From the NCBI GenBank assembly GCA_950097015.1, contig CATNEN010000039.1, forward strand, positions 12,400,001 through 12,464,000: a stretch of DNA of 64,000 nucleotides. Direction: 5' to 3'. Shown here piece by piece: positions 22,546 through 36,200 of this stretch; position 1 is the first letter of the stretch; the number at the start of each line of letters is the position of its first letter. Under the pieces are notes generated by a model. The model saw only the letters and a program-made list of their open reading frames with translations, did no database searches and had not been told where the DNA came from. Made by a program: the position numbers and the translations under genes. This DNA comes from Macrostomum hystrix. Its lineage: Eukaryota > Animalia > Platyhelminthes.

Positions 22546-24035
22546 GTGCATTAATACTGAAGTTAAAATGGTTCCCAGCTGTGCATTATGTTAAAACAAA
22601 CGGTATGTCCCGCTAAAGAAAAATATCACTGTACAGCAAACCTAATTTATTTTAGTTTGTTTAGGAAAAGTAAAAAATAATAATAATAAACATTTTTTGG
22701 CAACGGAATATTTTATGTCGTACTTGTATTTGTAAAATAACTGAAATCAGACAGCTGCGCTTGTTGATCAGATTTAGCTCAGTCCCAGACGAGCTAAATC
22801 TGTCTCTGCACCTCGAAAATTAATTTGTTTTAAACAAATTACTTAAAAGTTAATGATTGCAAGTTTCCAACTATAAATAAAAGCAAAATTAATTAGAACA
22901 CTGGAGTTGAAAAAAATATAGATTTTTGCATTCACTTCAAGAATAACCGTTTGAGCTTCTTCGTTGCCAGAAATTCTATGTCTATGGCAAAAATCCTGCA
23001 CTTTTTCCATTCAATTCAAGAATTTGTAATGACCTGTTCGTATCGCTCGTTGGAGATATTTTCGTTGGTCATAAGGAATTGGAGCACCGAAATCTTTGAG
23101 CCATAGAATTGCTTTTACAAAATGTCCTTTTGAGCTTGTTTTACTAACCTTTAATTATTCCTTTCTCCATTTCTCGGCGTACATGTTTGAACATTAGTCT
23201 GGTTGGATCTGGGTTTGGGTGGGGTGTTCACCGATTTTATTATCCACACCCTTTCCACTACTTTACCTTCCTTACTGGGGTCGAGTGAAAAATCCACTTG
23301 AACGCTCTGGAATCTGCAGTTCTTGATTTGGACGAAAAAATCATTGAATTCAAATAAAAAAGTTGAGGATTTTGCCATTGACATAAAATTTCTGACCTAA
23401 CAAATATGCTATAAAAATGTAACGAGCTGTAACGAGTATTCGCATTACCAGTATTTCCAATTCTGAGGGCTTATTATACATGTGTATACATTGAATTACT
23501 GCATGAACTTTGCATATTACTGTATATTTTATTGTTTTTGCTAAATGTACACGGATGAATAGCAACGGCGGTACAGTGCTAGGATATCTTATAATTGTGA
23601 ATTAATATTGTTATGTAGAAACAGCATGCATGTCTGTATGAATGTACAAATAGTTTTCTCGCTTACTTGAAGCGGTCAGAGTCTGCAGATAAGACTAGGA
23701 TTTAAGGCGAGAACAGTGCGCAGCAACTGCTAGGCATGGGCCACATACAGAGAGAGCCAGTTGGAGCTGTAATTTCCTCTCTTACCTGTTGGAACTTGGA
23801 CAGACAGTAAAATAACAACGCGTGCTATGTGAGCACATTTTTCTTCTAAATAAATATTCTGTCTTATCTCCTACCCAATGCAACTCCGTTTAACTGGCTT
23901 GATTATAAATTAAGTAACACAGTGTCCAGAATCCAGGTTTTTGCTTGTATTAGAGCCGAGTAGAAGACCTGTTAGTTACCGCGCAGCACAACAGCTTCTA
24001 ATAGCAAAAGCTTCGATCAATCGATTCAGCTTAAA

Positions 24036-27000
24036 ATGGCTGAGGTGAGTAGAACTAAATATTTTTTTATTCAAATAGTTTTTTTAACACATCAGATGCC
24101 ATAACTTTGCCATAACTATAAATTCAAAATGTTTGAATTTCAGTCTTCTATGCCAAAACGCAGCGAAGATGACTGCGACATGGTCACTAGCCTGCAGGAG
24201 CCATTTTGTAAGATATTTTTCCAGTACAGTACATTTAAAGGTTTAAATTAAAGCTGGAATAGAAACAGAATTATCGCTAGAATAATCTAAGGAATCGTAG
24301 CTAGAATCGCAGGAGGAATCAAACCAGGAATCGTAGCTACAATCTCATCAAAAATCATACCAGAAGTGCAGGAGGAATCATGCCAGGAATCGTAGCAAGA
24401 ATCGCAGCAAGAATAATACCAGGAATCCTAGCCAGAATCGCAGCAAGAATCATGCCAGGAATCGTAGTAAGAATCGCAGCAAGAATAATACCAGGAATCC
24501 TAGCTAGTATTGCAGCAAGAATCAAACCTGGAATCGTAGCTAGTATCGCCGCTAGAATCATACAAGGAATCGTAGCTAGTATCGCAGTTATTATCGTACA
24601 AGGAATCGTAGCTAGTATCGCAGCAAGAACCAAACCTGGAATCGTAGCTTGTATCGCAGCTAGAATCGTACAACGAATCCTAGCTAGTATCGCAGCTAGA
24701 ATCGTACAGGGAATCGTAGCTAGTATCGCAGTTATTATCGTACAAGGAATCGTTGCTAGAATCACAACAAGAACCAGCCACAAAGACCAAATTGCAACCT
24801 TCCGCCACAGTATCCAAGGCGGAGCTGTCCTTTCACGAAGCGGCTCGCTCGGGTAAGCCTAGCCGAGTTGAGAAGCTGCTCAAGTCTCAGGTGAAGATCG
24901 ACTGTCGGAACAGTCTGGACCGGACGGCTCTACACCTGGCCGCAAGCAAAGGCCACAGGGAGGTTGTCAGACAGCTGATTGACGCCAAGGCCAGCGTTGA
25001 AGTCGCGGACAAATTCGGCATGTCGCCTTTGATGTGGGCCACTTACTTCGGCCACATAGACGTTGTGCAACTGCTGATCGATAAGGCGGCGAACATCAAA
25101 CGAAGGAATAAGGTTTCTATGGCCATCAGCGATTGACAGCGTTTCAGTGCGGGATTTAGTGTGAATTACTGATAGACTGGAAGATAACGGATAACGGTTA
25201 AAGATAGGCTAGGTAGGTGACAGGTGACAGGTAGGCTAGAAGATAACGGAGAGGGTGTGACAGGTAGGCCAGAAGATAACGGAGAGGGTGCTACAGGTAG
25301 GCGAGAAGATAACGGAGAGGGTGCTACAGGTAGGCGAGAAGATAACGGAGAGGGTGCTACAGGTAGGCTAGAAGATAACGGAGAGGGTGTGACAGGTAGG
25401 CTAGAAGATAACGGAGAGGGTGCTACAGGTAGGCCAGAAGATAACGGAGAGGGTGCTACAGGTAGGCTAGAAGATAACGGAGAGGGTGCTACAGGTAGGC
25501 TAGAAGATAACGGAGAGGGTGTGACAGGTAGGCTAGAAGATAACGGAGAGGGTGTGACAGGTAGGCTAGAAGATAACGGAGAGGGTGTGACAGGTAGGCT
25601 AGAAGATAACGGAGAGGGTGCTACAGGTAGGCTAGAAGATAACGGAGAGGGTGTGACAGGTAGGCTAGAAGATAACGGAGAGGGTGTGACAGGTAGGCTA
25701 GAAGATAACGGAGAGGGTGCTACAGGTAGGCTAGAAGATAACGGAGAGGGTGTGACAGGTAGGCGAGAAGATAACGGAGAGGGTGTGACAGGTAGGCTAG
25801 AAGATAACGGAGAGGGTGTGACAGGTAGGCTAGAAGATAACGGAGAGGGTGTGACAGGTAGGCTAGAAGATAACGGAGAGGGTATGACAGGTAGGCTAGA
25901 AGATAACGGAGAGGGTGCTACAGGTAGGCGAGAAGATAACGGAGAGGGTGTGACAGGTAGGCTAGAAGATAACGGAGAGGGTGCTACAGGTAGGCGAGAA
26001 GATAACGGAGAGGGTGTGACAGGTAGGCCAGAAGATAACGGAGAGGGTGTGACAGGTAGGCTAGAAGATAACGGAGAGGGTGTGACAGGTAGGCTAGAAG
26101 ATAACGGAGAGGGTGTGACAGGTAGGCTAGAAGATAAGGGAGAGGGTGTGACAGGTTGGTCAGAAGATAACGGAGAGGGTGTGACAGGTAGGCTGGAAGA
26201 TAACGGAGAGGGTGTGACAGGTAGGCTAGAAGATAAGGGAGAGGGTGTGACAGGTAGGTCAGAAGATAGGCTAGAAGCTACTAAAGTCGAGTGTATTACA
26301 ATTACATGGCCACAATTGCAGCTGGGCATGCATGTGTTGCATATAGCAGCGGAGCAGAATCATCCAGAGCTTGTGAAATTGTTCATCAACAAGACCAAAC
26401 GGACTGTGCTTGACGACACGGATAAGGTACGAACACCGTAACACTCGTAATACTCGTAACACCGTCTGTGCCTTAAAAGCATTCTATGGAGTCCAAAGAA
26501 AAGAGCCAGATAGATAGACATTAATTAAAATACATCTCAACTGATAGAAAACTGAAAAATATTTTCACAAAAATACTCTAACAAGAATCTTCTGACAATG
26601 ATATTCTGACAATGATCTTTTGACAAGAATCTTTTGACAAGAATCTTCTGACAAGAATCTTCTGACAAGAATCTTCTGACAAGAATCGTCTGACCTCAGA
26701 CTTCTGACAGAAAAAGTCCGCCAAGTCATGCCGTTGCTCATGATCTCGCCTTCACAGAACGGACAATCAGCAGTAATGATCGCCGCCTTCAAAGGCAACA
26801 GCGAAGTTGTACGCTGCCTCAACAATTTGAGCGCTGACTTGAAAATTCGCGACACGGTGAGTGAACTTTATAGAAATCCCAACTTTATAGAAATCCCAAC
26901 TTTATAGAAATCCCAACTTTATAGAAATCCCAACTTTATAGAAATCCCAACTTTATAGAAATCCCAACTTTATAGAAATCCCAACTTTATAGAAATCCCA

Positions 27001-30000
27001 ACTTTATAGAAATCCCAACTTTATAGAAATCCCAACTTTATAGAAATCCCAACTTTATAGAAATCCCAACTTTATAGAAATCCCAACTTTATAGAAATCC
27101 CAACTTTATAGAAATCCCAACTTTATAGAAATCCCAACTTTATAGAAATCCCAACTTTATATAAATCCCAACTTTATAGAAATCCCAACTTTATAGAAAT
27201 CCCAACTTTATAGAAATCCCAACTTTATAGAAATCCCAACTTTATAGAAATCCCAACTTTATAGAAATCCCAACTTTATAGAAATCCCAACTTTATAGAA
27301 ATCCCAACTTTATAGAAATCCCAACTTTATAGAAATCCCAACTTTATAGAAATCCCAACTTTATAGAAATCCCAACTTTATAGAAATCCCAACTTTATAT
27401 AAATCCCAACTTTATAGAAATCCCAACTTTATAGAAATCCCAACTTTATAGAAATCCCAACTTTATAGAAATCCCAACTTTATAGAAATCCCAACTTTAT
27501 ATAAATCCCAACTTTATAGAAATCCCAATTTTATAGAAATTCCAACTTTATATAAATCCCAACTTCATAGAAATCCCAACTTTATTGAAATCCCAACTTT
27601 ATAGAAATCCCAACTTTATAGAAATCCCAACTTTATAGAAATCCCAACTTTATATAAATCCCAACTTTATAGAAATCCCAACTTTATAGAAATCCCAACT
27701 TTATAGAAATCCCAACTTTATAGAAATCCCAACTTTATAGAAATCCCAACTTTATAGAAATCCCAACTTTATAGAAATCCCAACTTTATAGAAATCCCAA
27801 CTTTATAGAAATCCCAACTTTATAGAAATCCCAACTTCATAGAAATCCCAACTTTATTGAAATCCCAACTTTATAGAAATCCCAACTTTATAGAAATCCC
27901 AACTTTATAGAAATCCCAACTTTATATAAATCCCAACTTTATAGAAATCCCAACTTTATAGAAATCCCATCTATTAAAATACCAAATTTATGGAAATCCT
28001 AAGTTTTCAAATCCTAAAATCCCAAAATGAAACAGGTTTCTATTTCTTATCTATTTTCTAAAATGTGAGCAAAAAGTGAAAACAACAAAACCCATTGAAA
28101 TTGCTAGCAAAAGCGCACGGTACTTCACCTGGCTGCTGAGAGCGGCAGTGAGGAGGTGCTCAATCATCTCATGCTGCACGGTCACAAGATGCGCGAGTTG
28201 GTGAATGCGCGCGACGAGCGCGGCCGAATGCCGATTCACTATGCTGTTGAGATGGGATTCTCCGGAGCTGTTGAAATCCTGCTAGCCTATGGCGCCTGCC
28301 CAAACGAGTCTGCCGAGGTTTGTGAGCAATTTTGGAGAATTTTAAAGGCTAGAAATTGGGAAATTTTCAAATCATAAAGTGTCAAAGCCCTGAAATCCCA
28401 GCTTCTCAGAGTCCCGAAATCCCGAAGCCTTAAAGTCCTGAAATCCCATAGTCATAAGTCCTGAAATCCTGAAATCCCATAGTCTCAAAGTTCCGAATCC
28501 CATAGTCTCAAAGTCCTGAAATCCCATAGTCTCAAAGTTCCGAATCCCATAGTCTCAAAGTTCCGAATCCCATAGTCTCAAAGTTCCGAATCCCATAGTC
28601 TCAAAGTTCCGAATCCCATAGTCTCAAAGTTCCGAATCCCATAGTCTCAAAGTTCCCAATCCCATAGTCTCAAAGTTCCGATTCCCATAGTCTCAAAGTC
28701 CCGAAATCCTAACGTTTAATTTATAATAAATGCCGGATTCATATCTCATAATCGACTTCTCTCATAGATGCATTACTCTAACAGCAGAAATTTGAAACAA
28801 ACTTTCAGCCCAAAGAAACGGATAGCTCAACAGTGGCGATTCCCGTATGAGAAATCGATAGAATTTATTGAATTAAAAGGTTTTTTTCTTTCTAACACAA
28901 TCAAACAATGCGTTGAGTGTTGTTACTTTTGCACTTTCATTTCCAGATTTTAATTTCTACAAGCTTTGCTAATACAACAAATTGAAATATTTTGTTATAA
29001 ATAGATCGCGGTTGATAGATATACAATCAGTGACAAAGCTGTTTCGAACTCCCGACCGCACGGTCATTAGTACAAAGTTTAATCTCTAACCACTGGAATT
29101 TCGAGTTTTAGGAAAAATTGTTTAAATTTGTTTGAAATAAGCATACTAGTTCTAGTAGTATGTTTTTGGTTGTAAAGGCTAACATTTTATTCAATGCTTC
29201 TTTACGTCAGTCATGTAATTCAACTTCAAAACAGCACTTAATTCTTTTTGTCACTGCCCGATTTAGTCCGTAAACCAACTGAAACTAAAAATATATCAAA
29301 TGGCATAGACTAGCAATCCATACTTTATCAATCGAATGGCATAGACTAGCAATCCACAATTTATCAATCGAATGGCATAGACTAGCAATCCATACTTTAT
29401 CAATCGAATGGCATAGACTAGCAATCCATACTTTATCAATCGAATGGCATAGACTAGCAATCCATACTTTATCAATCGAATGGCATAGACTAGCAATCCA
29501 CAATTTATCAATCGAATGGCATAGACTAGCAATCCACAATTTATCAATCGAATGGCATAGACTAGCAATCCACAATTTATCAATCGAATGGCATAGACTA
29601 GCAATCCACAATTTATCAATCGAATGGCATAGACTAGCAATCCACAATTTATCAATCGAATGGCATAGACTAGCAATCCACAATTTATCAATCTAATGGC
29701 ATAGACTAGCAATCCACAATTTATCAATCGAATGGCATAGACTAGCAATCCACAATTTATCAATCGAATGGCATAGACTAGCAATCCACAATTTATCAAT
29801 CGAATGGCATAGACTAGCAATCCACAATTTATCAATCGAATGGCATAGACTAGCAATCCACAATTTATCAATCTAATGGCATAGACTAGCAATCCACAAT
29901 TTATCAATCGAATGGCATAGACTAGCAATCCACAATTTATCAATCGAATGGCATAGACTAGCAATCCACAATTTATCAATCGAATGGCATAGACTAGCAA

Positions 30001-32783
30001 TCCACATCCCACGCCCCGGATGCAGATGGAGATGTCGCCATTTCTACTGGCCGCACGTGAAAAGCGTCCAAAAACAGCCGAAGCTAAACTAGTTGCAGGC
30101 TCAGACAATCGGGGTGGTCAGCACGCTGAAATCATCAATCGGCTGGTGGCAGCGGGGACAGACATTCTGGCGGCGAACAGCGTGAGTCTAGACAGGAACC
30201 TGTTAGACAGGAACCTGTTAGACAGGAACCTGTTAGACAGGAACCTGTTAGACAGGAACCTGTTAGACAGGAACCTGTTAGACAGGAACCTGTTAGACAG
30301 GAACCTGTTAGACAGGAACCTGTTAGACAGGAACCTGTTAGACAGGAACCTGTTAGACAGGAACCTGTTAGACAGGAACCTGTTAGACAGGAACCTGTTA
30401 GACAGGAACCTGTTAGACAGGAACCTGTTAGACAGGAACCTGTTAGACAGGAACCTGTTAGACAGGAACCTGTTAGACAGGAACCTGTTAGACAGGAACC
30501 TGTTAGACAGGAACCTGTTAGACAGGAACCTGTTAGACAGGAACCTGTTAGACAGGAACCTGTTAGACAGGAACCTGTTAGACAAAAATCCATTCCGAAT
30601 ACTCAATCTTAGATTGGCAACACAGCTCTGCACTTCGCAGCATTAAATAACGATTCCGAAGCAATCTACTCACTAGTCCACATTGGCTGCGATATGGGCG
30701 CCCAGAATAACGTGAGTCTTAACAGAAAATATCGGATAAGCTTCGAAAAAACTAACAAAAATTTTGTATTTTGCAGCGATTGCAAACACCGCTTCACATC
30801 GCGGCCGAGCAAAACAAAATTGAAGCCGCAGAGGCTCTGTTGCTTAGCGGAGCCCAACTCAACCTGGCCGACAAGGTAACTTGAAATATGAGGTGCCACC
30901 TTCCTTCCTTCCTTCCTTCGTTCCTTCCTCCCTTCCTTCCTCCCTTCCTTCCTTCCTCCCTTCCTTCCTTCCTCCCTTCCTCCCTTCCTTCCTTCCTCCC
31001 TTCCTTCCTCCCTTCCTTCCTTCCTACCTTCCTTCCTTCCTCCCTTCCTTCCTTCCTTCCTTCCTTCCTTCCTTCCTTCCTCCCTTCCTTCCTCCCTTCC
31101 TTCCTTCCTCCCTTCCTTCCTTCCTCCCTTCCTTCCTCCCTTCCTTCCTTCCTCCCTCCCTTCCTTCCATCCTTCCTCCCTTCCTTCCTCCCTTCCTTCC
31201 TTACTCCCTTCCTTCCTTCATTCCTTCCTTCCTCCCTTCCTTCCTTCCTACCTTCCTTCCTTCCTCCCTTCCTTCCTTCCTTCCTTCCTTCCTTCCTTCC
31301 TTCCTCCCTTCCTTCCTCCCTTCCTTCCTTCCTCCCTTCCTTCCTTCCTCCCTTCCTTCCTCCCTTCCTTCCTTCCTCCCTCCCTTCCTTCCATCCTTCC
31401 TCCCTTCCTTCCTCCCTTCCTTCCTTACTCCCTTCCTTCCTTCATTCCTTCCTTCCTCCCTTCCTTCCTTCCTACCTTCCTTCCTTCCTCCCTTCCTTCC
31501 TTCCTTCCTTCCTTATTTCTAAGTGTTTAAACGTTGTTAATTTTCACCCAATCAAACTCTTAAACGACAGACGGGCAAGACTCCACTCGTCTTGGCAACC
31601 CAGGGCAGCTGCATCTGCATAGTAGACATGATCATCAAAGCTGAACGTCACCGGGAAAAGATTCGGAGACTACTAAACAAGGTTGAAGCAAATTTAATGT
31701 GCAAACTAATGGATATCTTCCTTCCTACCTGTCTAAATCCATCGATTCCTGTCAATCCAGGAGCCCTCACCGTGGGACGCCGCGGGCCAGGAGGCTCAAA
31801 TGGACGCAGCCGCAGTCTTCACTCCGGACGGCTACGACAACCGGACCCGGATCGACGAAATCGAGGACATCCGGGACGAGCAGACCGAGCTGGTGATCGC
31901 CGAAACTGGCAAAGCTCCGCCAAATTATCGCCTTCGCGAATTCAACCAGCCCTACGCCGAGGAATTCAAACAGTTTCTCTGGCGCCTCGCCTTCGAGCAT
32001 CTGAGACACGGCGAATGGAAGAAATTGGCGCTGTTCTGGAGGTTTAGGCTCGACCACATCAACGCCATACAGCAGCAGTACACAGGTGAGTTCAGTTTTT
32101 CTTTCTGCTTTGAGTGGTCGGGAGCTCAAATCCTTGAGTAAGACACTTTATTCTCAAATGCTTAAGTTATTCAAATCTCCAAGTTAAGTATCATTGCTCG
32201 TATTATTTCCCAAACCGAATGACCGATTTTCATGAAAGTCCACCATTTGGATCGATCTTTTCCGCCATTTACGATGAACCAACTTTCAAAGCCTTTCGAC
32301 GTCAGCATCGGCGAGATATTCTGCGATTCTGGTGGCAAGGACAACTAACATAGCTCTCTAGAAACCTCATTTGCGAATCTATATTAGTTCAATAATAAGA
32401 AAAATTATGCATATTTCATTGGTTTGGTGGCAACCAGACACCGGCCGACAACAAGTATCGTTGAATATCTCGATATTCAACTACATAATATTCCATTCCT
32501 ATAATTATTAGTTCCACTTTAGGGCTGCAAGTGGAATTATTCAAATTTGACCGAATCATCCGCAGACGAGCGCAGCTACAGACAGCACTGCTATAGGCTT
32601 CTGTGCATCTGGTTTCACGGCCTTGGCCGGGACACCCCCATTCGGGAGCTTTACGAGGCCCTGGTGAACATCGACAGGCGACCTTTGGCGGAAAAAATGC
32701 GACAGAAACTGGACAGATCAGTTGAATACTTCTCATATGGCAAGGTGAGGCATCAGGGAGGCGGTAGATGCGTTCTGCAGTAG
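24036..32783 (+). CDS. ANKDD1: Ankyrin repeat and death domain-containing protein; exons 24036-24044, 24144-24207, 24811-25112, 26322-26426, 26758-26856, 28108-28317, 30026-30181 (possible internal 42-nt intron), 30613-30711, 30777-30875, 31571-31681, 31761-32085, 32566-32783
   Basis: Serial ankyrin repeats ([16 protein letters not shown]), [10 protein letters not shown], and a C-terminal death domain EWKKLALFW...[26 protein letters not shown] matching recalled ANKDD1A/B motifs. Splice phases are consistent. Confidence 0.88.
24280..24770. repeat. 12/36-bp intronic repeat (AGGAATCGTAGCTAGTATCGC...)
   Basis: Tandem array; source of spurious ORFs 24355..24856. Confidence 0.9.
25225..26275. repeat. 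33-bp intronic minisatellite GACAGGTAGGCTAGAAGATAACGGAGAGGGTGT
   Basis: Tandem array; open frames on both strands arise because the unit is a multiple of 3. Confidence 0.95.
26864..27970. repeat. 17-bp intronic minisatellite AACTTTATAGAAATCCC
   Basis: Highly homogeneous array starting right after the GTGAGT donor. Confidence 0.97.
28390..28710. repeat. 23-bp intronic minisatellite AATCCCATAGTCTCAAAGTTCCG
   Basis: Tandem array. Confidence 0.9.
29297..30005. repeat. 36-bp intronic minisatellite TCAATCGAATGGCATAGACTAGCAATCCACAATTTA
   Basis: Tandem array. Confidence 0.97.
30188..30583. repeat. Perfect 15-bp array TAGACAGGAACCTGT
   Basis: Identical units with an internal palindrome ACAGG-AA-CCTGT. 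Confidence 0.97.
30897..31515. repeat. (CCTT)n-type microsatellite
   Basis: Pyrimidine tract; source of the LPSF ORFs. Confidence 0.97.
32215..32370 (+). mobile_element. Dispersed non-autonomous element (Helitron/HINE-like), partial copy
   Basis: GACCGATTTTCATGAAA... aligns by eye with 53012-53170 and, inverted, with ~47985-48052. Confidence 0.55.
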
Positions 32784-33219
32784 GCTCGCATATACACATC
32801 AGACACAATTCAGCATCAACAGAACTTAGAATATCATTTAACTCGCTTTATGTGATATCGTTTTTGAAGACCTATTGCATTGCTTTAAAATGCGCATTGT
32901 GAAAATGACTAAAATGTACCCATTGTTTTTTACTACTATTTACTTTTTCAGTGATTTCTTACACAAGTTCCGCCTATAGTCATTCCGGAAACAGATGTAC
33001 AAAAAATATAAACGACCAGAGCCACACTCGCTGTCATTCCAGTAAAATGTTTTTATTCTTTGTAATTTCAAATGACCAAGTGAAATTTCTACGACGATAA
33101 AAAAAGGTTTCTTAGAAACGATTTAGAATCGCGAAGTAGGCAGTGGGTATTTGAAATACTCCCCGTGAGAAAATAGCGTGGTATTTCTACTGTTGACGTG
33201 TAAAGGTAGCAGCTAAACA

Positions 33220-36200
33220 CTAGCCAACTAAATCGGCATCCTTGTGCGGCGCCTCCAGACGACGGGGCACAAACACCACGCCGAAGGTGGCAATCAGGGC
33301 CAGGTAGATGAAGAAGAACAGCCGGTCCAGTGTGCGCAGCAGGTCGCGCCATTCGGCGGCGACGGCATCGACGGCGTCCTCCCGACGTCCTCGGCGCAGC
33401 AGTCGATGGATACTGCGCGAAACACGCCTCAGGTCAGCCTCCATCCGGCGAGTTGCTGCGGACGTCGAGAACGCTTTGTCAACGGCCGTTTCCAGCTCAC
33501 TGTCCGACTCCGAGGCAGATGGCGTCGGGGTGGGCGACGGTGATGGAGGCGGCGGTGGTGGCAGTAGCGTCACTGAATACCTACTGCGGACTTGCAGAAT
33601 GCAGCCAAGTGTGTCCAGCATGATCTGTAGTTTAACAGGTGGTGGAGCAGTCAGTGAGTCAGTCAATGAGTCAGTGAGTCAGCCAGTCAGTCAGTCAGTC
33701 AGTCAGCCAGTCAGCCAGTCAGTCAGTCAGTCAGTCAGTCAGTCAGTCAGTCACCTTCTTAAGCATCGGGTGCATTGGCTGCCTCGTGTCGCCGTTGTTA
33801 AAGTGCAAGTTCACAATGATGCTGACGAGAAAGGTTGACACAGTGATCATCACCATGTTGACGCAATAGTAGCAGCCTGGAAAAACTGCTCCCCGTTGAT
33901 TTTCTGACATCTATTTGAATAACATGAAACAGAAGATTTGCTCACCAATAACCGGGAAAGCTTCCACGGCGCTTGGAATGAGTTCAGCGAGCAGGAGCAG
34001 CAGGATGAAGAATGCGACAAATATGCTCATGCCTGTTTTCAAACAGGGGCGACATGACGTTAAAAAGCTTGATTTCTTGATCCGTACCGAACTGTAAAAT
34101 TCCATACGGATACTGTACAAAGCACACAGATACTGTACGCAGGCATACGCTCACACAGGTGTGTACATCTGCCCTGACTTTCTCATCGTCAGGCAGTGCA
34201 CACTCTCAACTGTGCCTAGGAGGTCGGCCCTCAAGGGCGTAAATTGCACGACAAGCCCCCAAGCCTTCTCTCCGCGGCTGCGCCCCAAATAAATGTGGCC
34301 TCGCCGTGGAATCGAACTTAGGGACCTTGGTGCTAGAGGCAAACGCGATAACCGCTCTGCCACCGAGCCCCTCCAACGTCCTAAAATCCCAACTTCTTAA
34401 AGCCTTAAAGTCCTAAAATCCTAAAATTAGAAAACTCTAACGTATAATATTCTCAACGTCTCAAAGTTCTTGCGTTCCAAAATCCCAACGTCAAGGCATT
34501 TCTATTCGATGCGAAATCCTGCAGGCTTCGAACTGACCCAGCATCATCTTGGCTGGCGCCTCCGGTGGCAGGCAGAACACCACTAGGGTGAGGCAGGACA
34601 GCAGGATGCAGGGCACCACCAGGATGGCCACGTAGAATGACGGATTGCGCATCACGCGGATCCGATAGTCCAGCAGACGGTAGCGACGAATCACCGGCTG
34701 GCCGGTGGCGTCGTGGCCGCTCTCGTTGCGATAGCGGACCCAGCTGCGGATCTGGAGAGAGCGCTGGTCCGGGTCGGCCACGTGCGCCTGCACGAGGTTT
34801 GCAGGATGAGCAAATTACGAGCGTATTGATTTTTTAGTAGGAGTATTCGGGTCATTTTGACACTCATTTTGGTACGGACTTTTAAATATAATCGGCGCTC
34901 TAGAACAGGGGTCGGCAACCTTATTAGCGTGCGGGCCACGGAGAGAACCTAAAAAACAACAGCGCAGGTCGCATTGACTGTAGGAATATGAGAAAAGGGA
35001 GAGATAAAAGACATGGGAGAGGTGAGACACGGGATAGATGAGACAGAGAAGAGATGAGACACGGGAAGGATGAGACAGGGGAGAGATGAGACAGAGGAGA
35101 GATGAGTCAGAGGAGAGATGAGACAGGGGTGAGATGAGACACAGGAGAGATGAGAGACGCAAGAGATGAGACACGCGAGAGATGAGACAGGGGAGAGAAT
35201 GAGACTCTCCATATCCAGACGAGAGAGAGAGATGAGACACAGGAGAGATGAGACACGGGAGAGATGAGACAGGGGAGAGAATGAGACTCTCCATATCCAG
35301 ACGAGAGAGAGATGAGACAAGATACTATAGATGTTGGAAGGGGCAAAGGGCCGGATTTGGGAGCTTCAATGGTCACATATCTGGCCCGCTGCTCTAGAAC
35401 ATGATGAAACCTGATACCATGAGTTTTTGGTTGCAAAGACGACCAAAAAGAAGCTGAAAACAGTAGTTCATAACAGCCGACTGAGTGTACTTTAATACTC
35501 CAAAAATAATTATTGACATTTGTGAAATCGACGATCGAAACACTCGCAATCGCCATTAGTTAAGGAGTTCTTCTTAAGAAGTCAAGGACGAATGCTCTAT
35601 GGCCATCGAATTTACCATAGACGAACGAATTTTCGTATAGAAAAAACCATTGTCTTTTGACCATAGACACCTTTCTCTATTCATTCCTGCACGGCATTTA
35701 GCTTGTAGAAAAATAATCTAGATTTTTACCATAGACAAAGTAAAAAATAAACACAAAGAGTGGGGCGCAGCAGCGAAAAGAAGGCTTGGGGGGCTTGTCG
35801 TGCAATTTTCGCTCTTGAAGGCCAACCTCCAAGGCACAGTTGAGTGTGTGCACTGCCTGACGATAAGAAAGTCAGGGCAGATGTACACACCTGTATGAGC
35901 GTGTGCCTGTGTGCGCGTGTGACTAGACTTACCTCAAGTTCGCCGTCTGTTGCCCACTCGTTGCTGACGACATAGTCGCTAAAGTCCACATAAGGCAGCG
36001 GCTTCTTAGTCGGCGCGGAGTCCAAGCCATCGACGTTGGCGTCGGTGGAATTCCGAAAGCCGGCCGACGGCACATCGACCATCGCCCAGTCCAGCAGGAG
36101 GTGCCGCTCGTCGTAGGTCCAGGAGCCGAAGCGGATGCGACAGATCTTTGTGGGTGGGGTTTTGAATTTCAAACAGCCAATTATTCAGGGAACAAAATAT

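Noticed and set aside
23573-23924. Possible solo LTR just upstream of ANKDD1
   Set aside because: An AATAAA and a flanking ACAGTG repeat are present, but TG...CA ends and the TSD cannot be made consistent, and there is no second copy in the window.
25166-26441. Long repetitive ORFs on both strands ([10 protein letters not shown] / [11 protein letters not shown])
   Set aside because: A 33-bp intronic minisatellite bounded by good splice sites of ANKDD1; only 26322-26426 is exonic.
29297-30005. 36-bp repeat of CRISPR-like length
   Set aside because: Head-to-tail units with no spacers, no cas genes, and a eukaryotic intron context.
33134-33181. Shared 3' UTR hairpin in two genes as a cis-regulatory RNA element
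   Set aside because: The same block occurs in an intron (20387-20415) and adjoins a dispersed repeat at 48.0 kb, so a transposon end is the simpler explanation.
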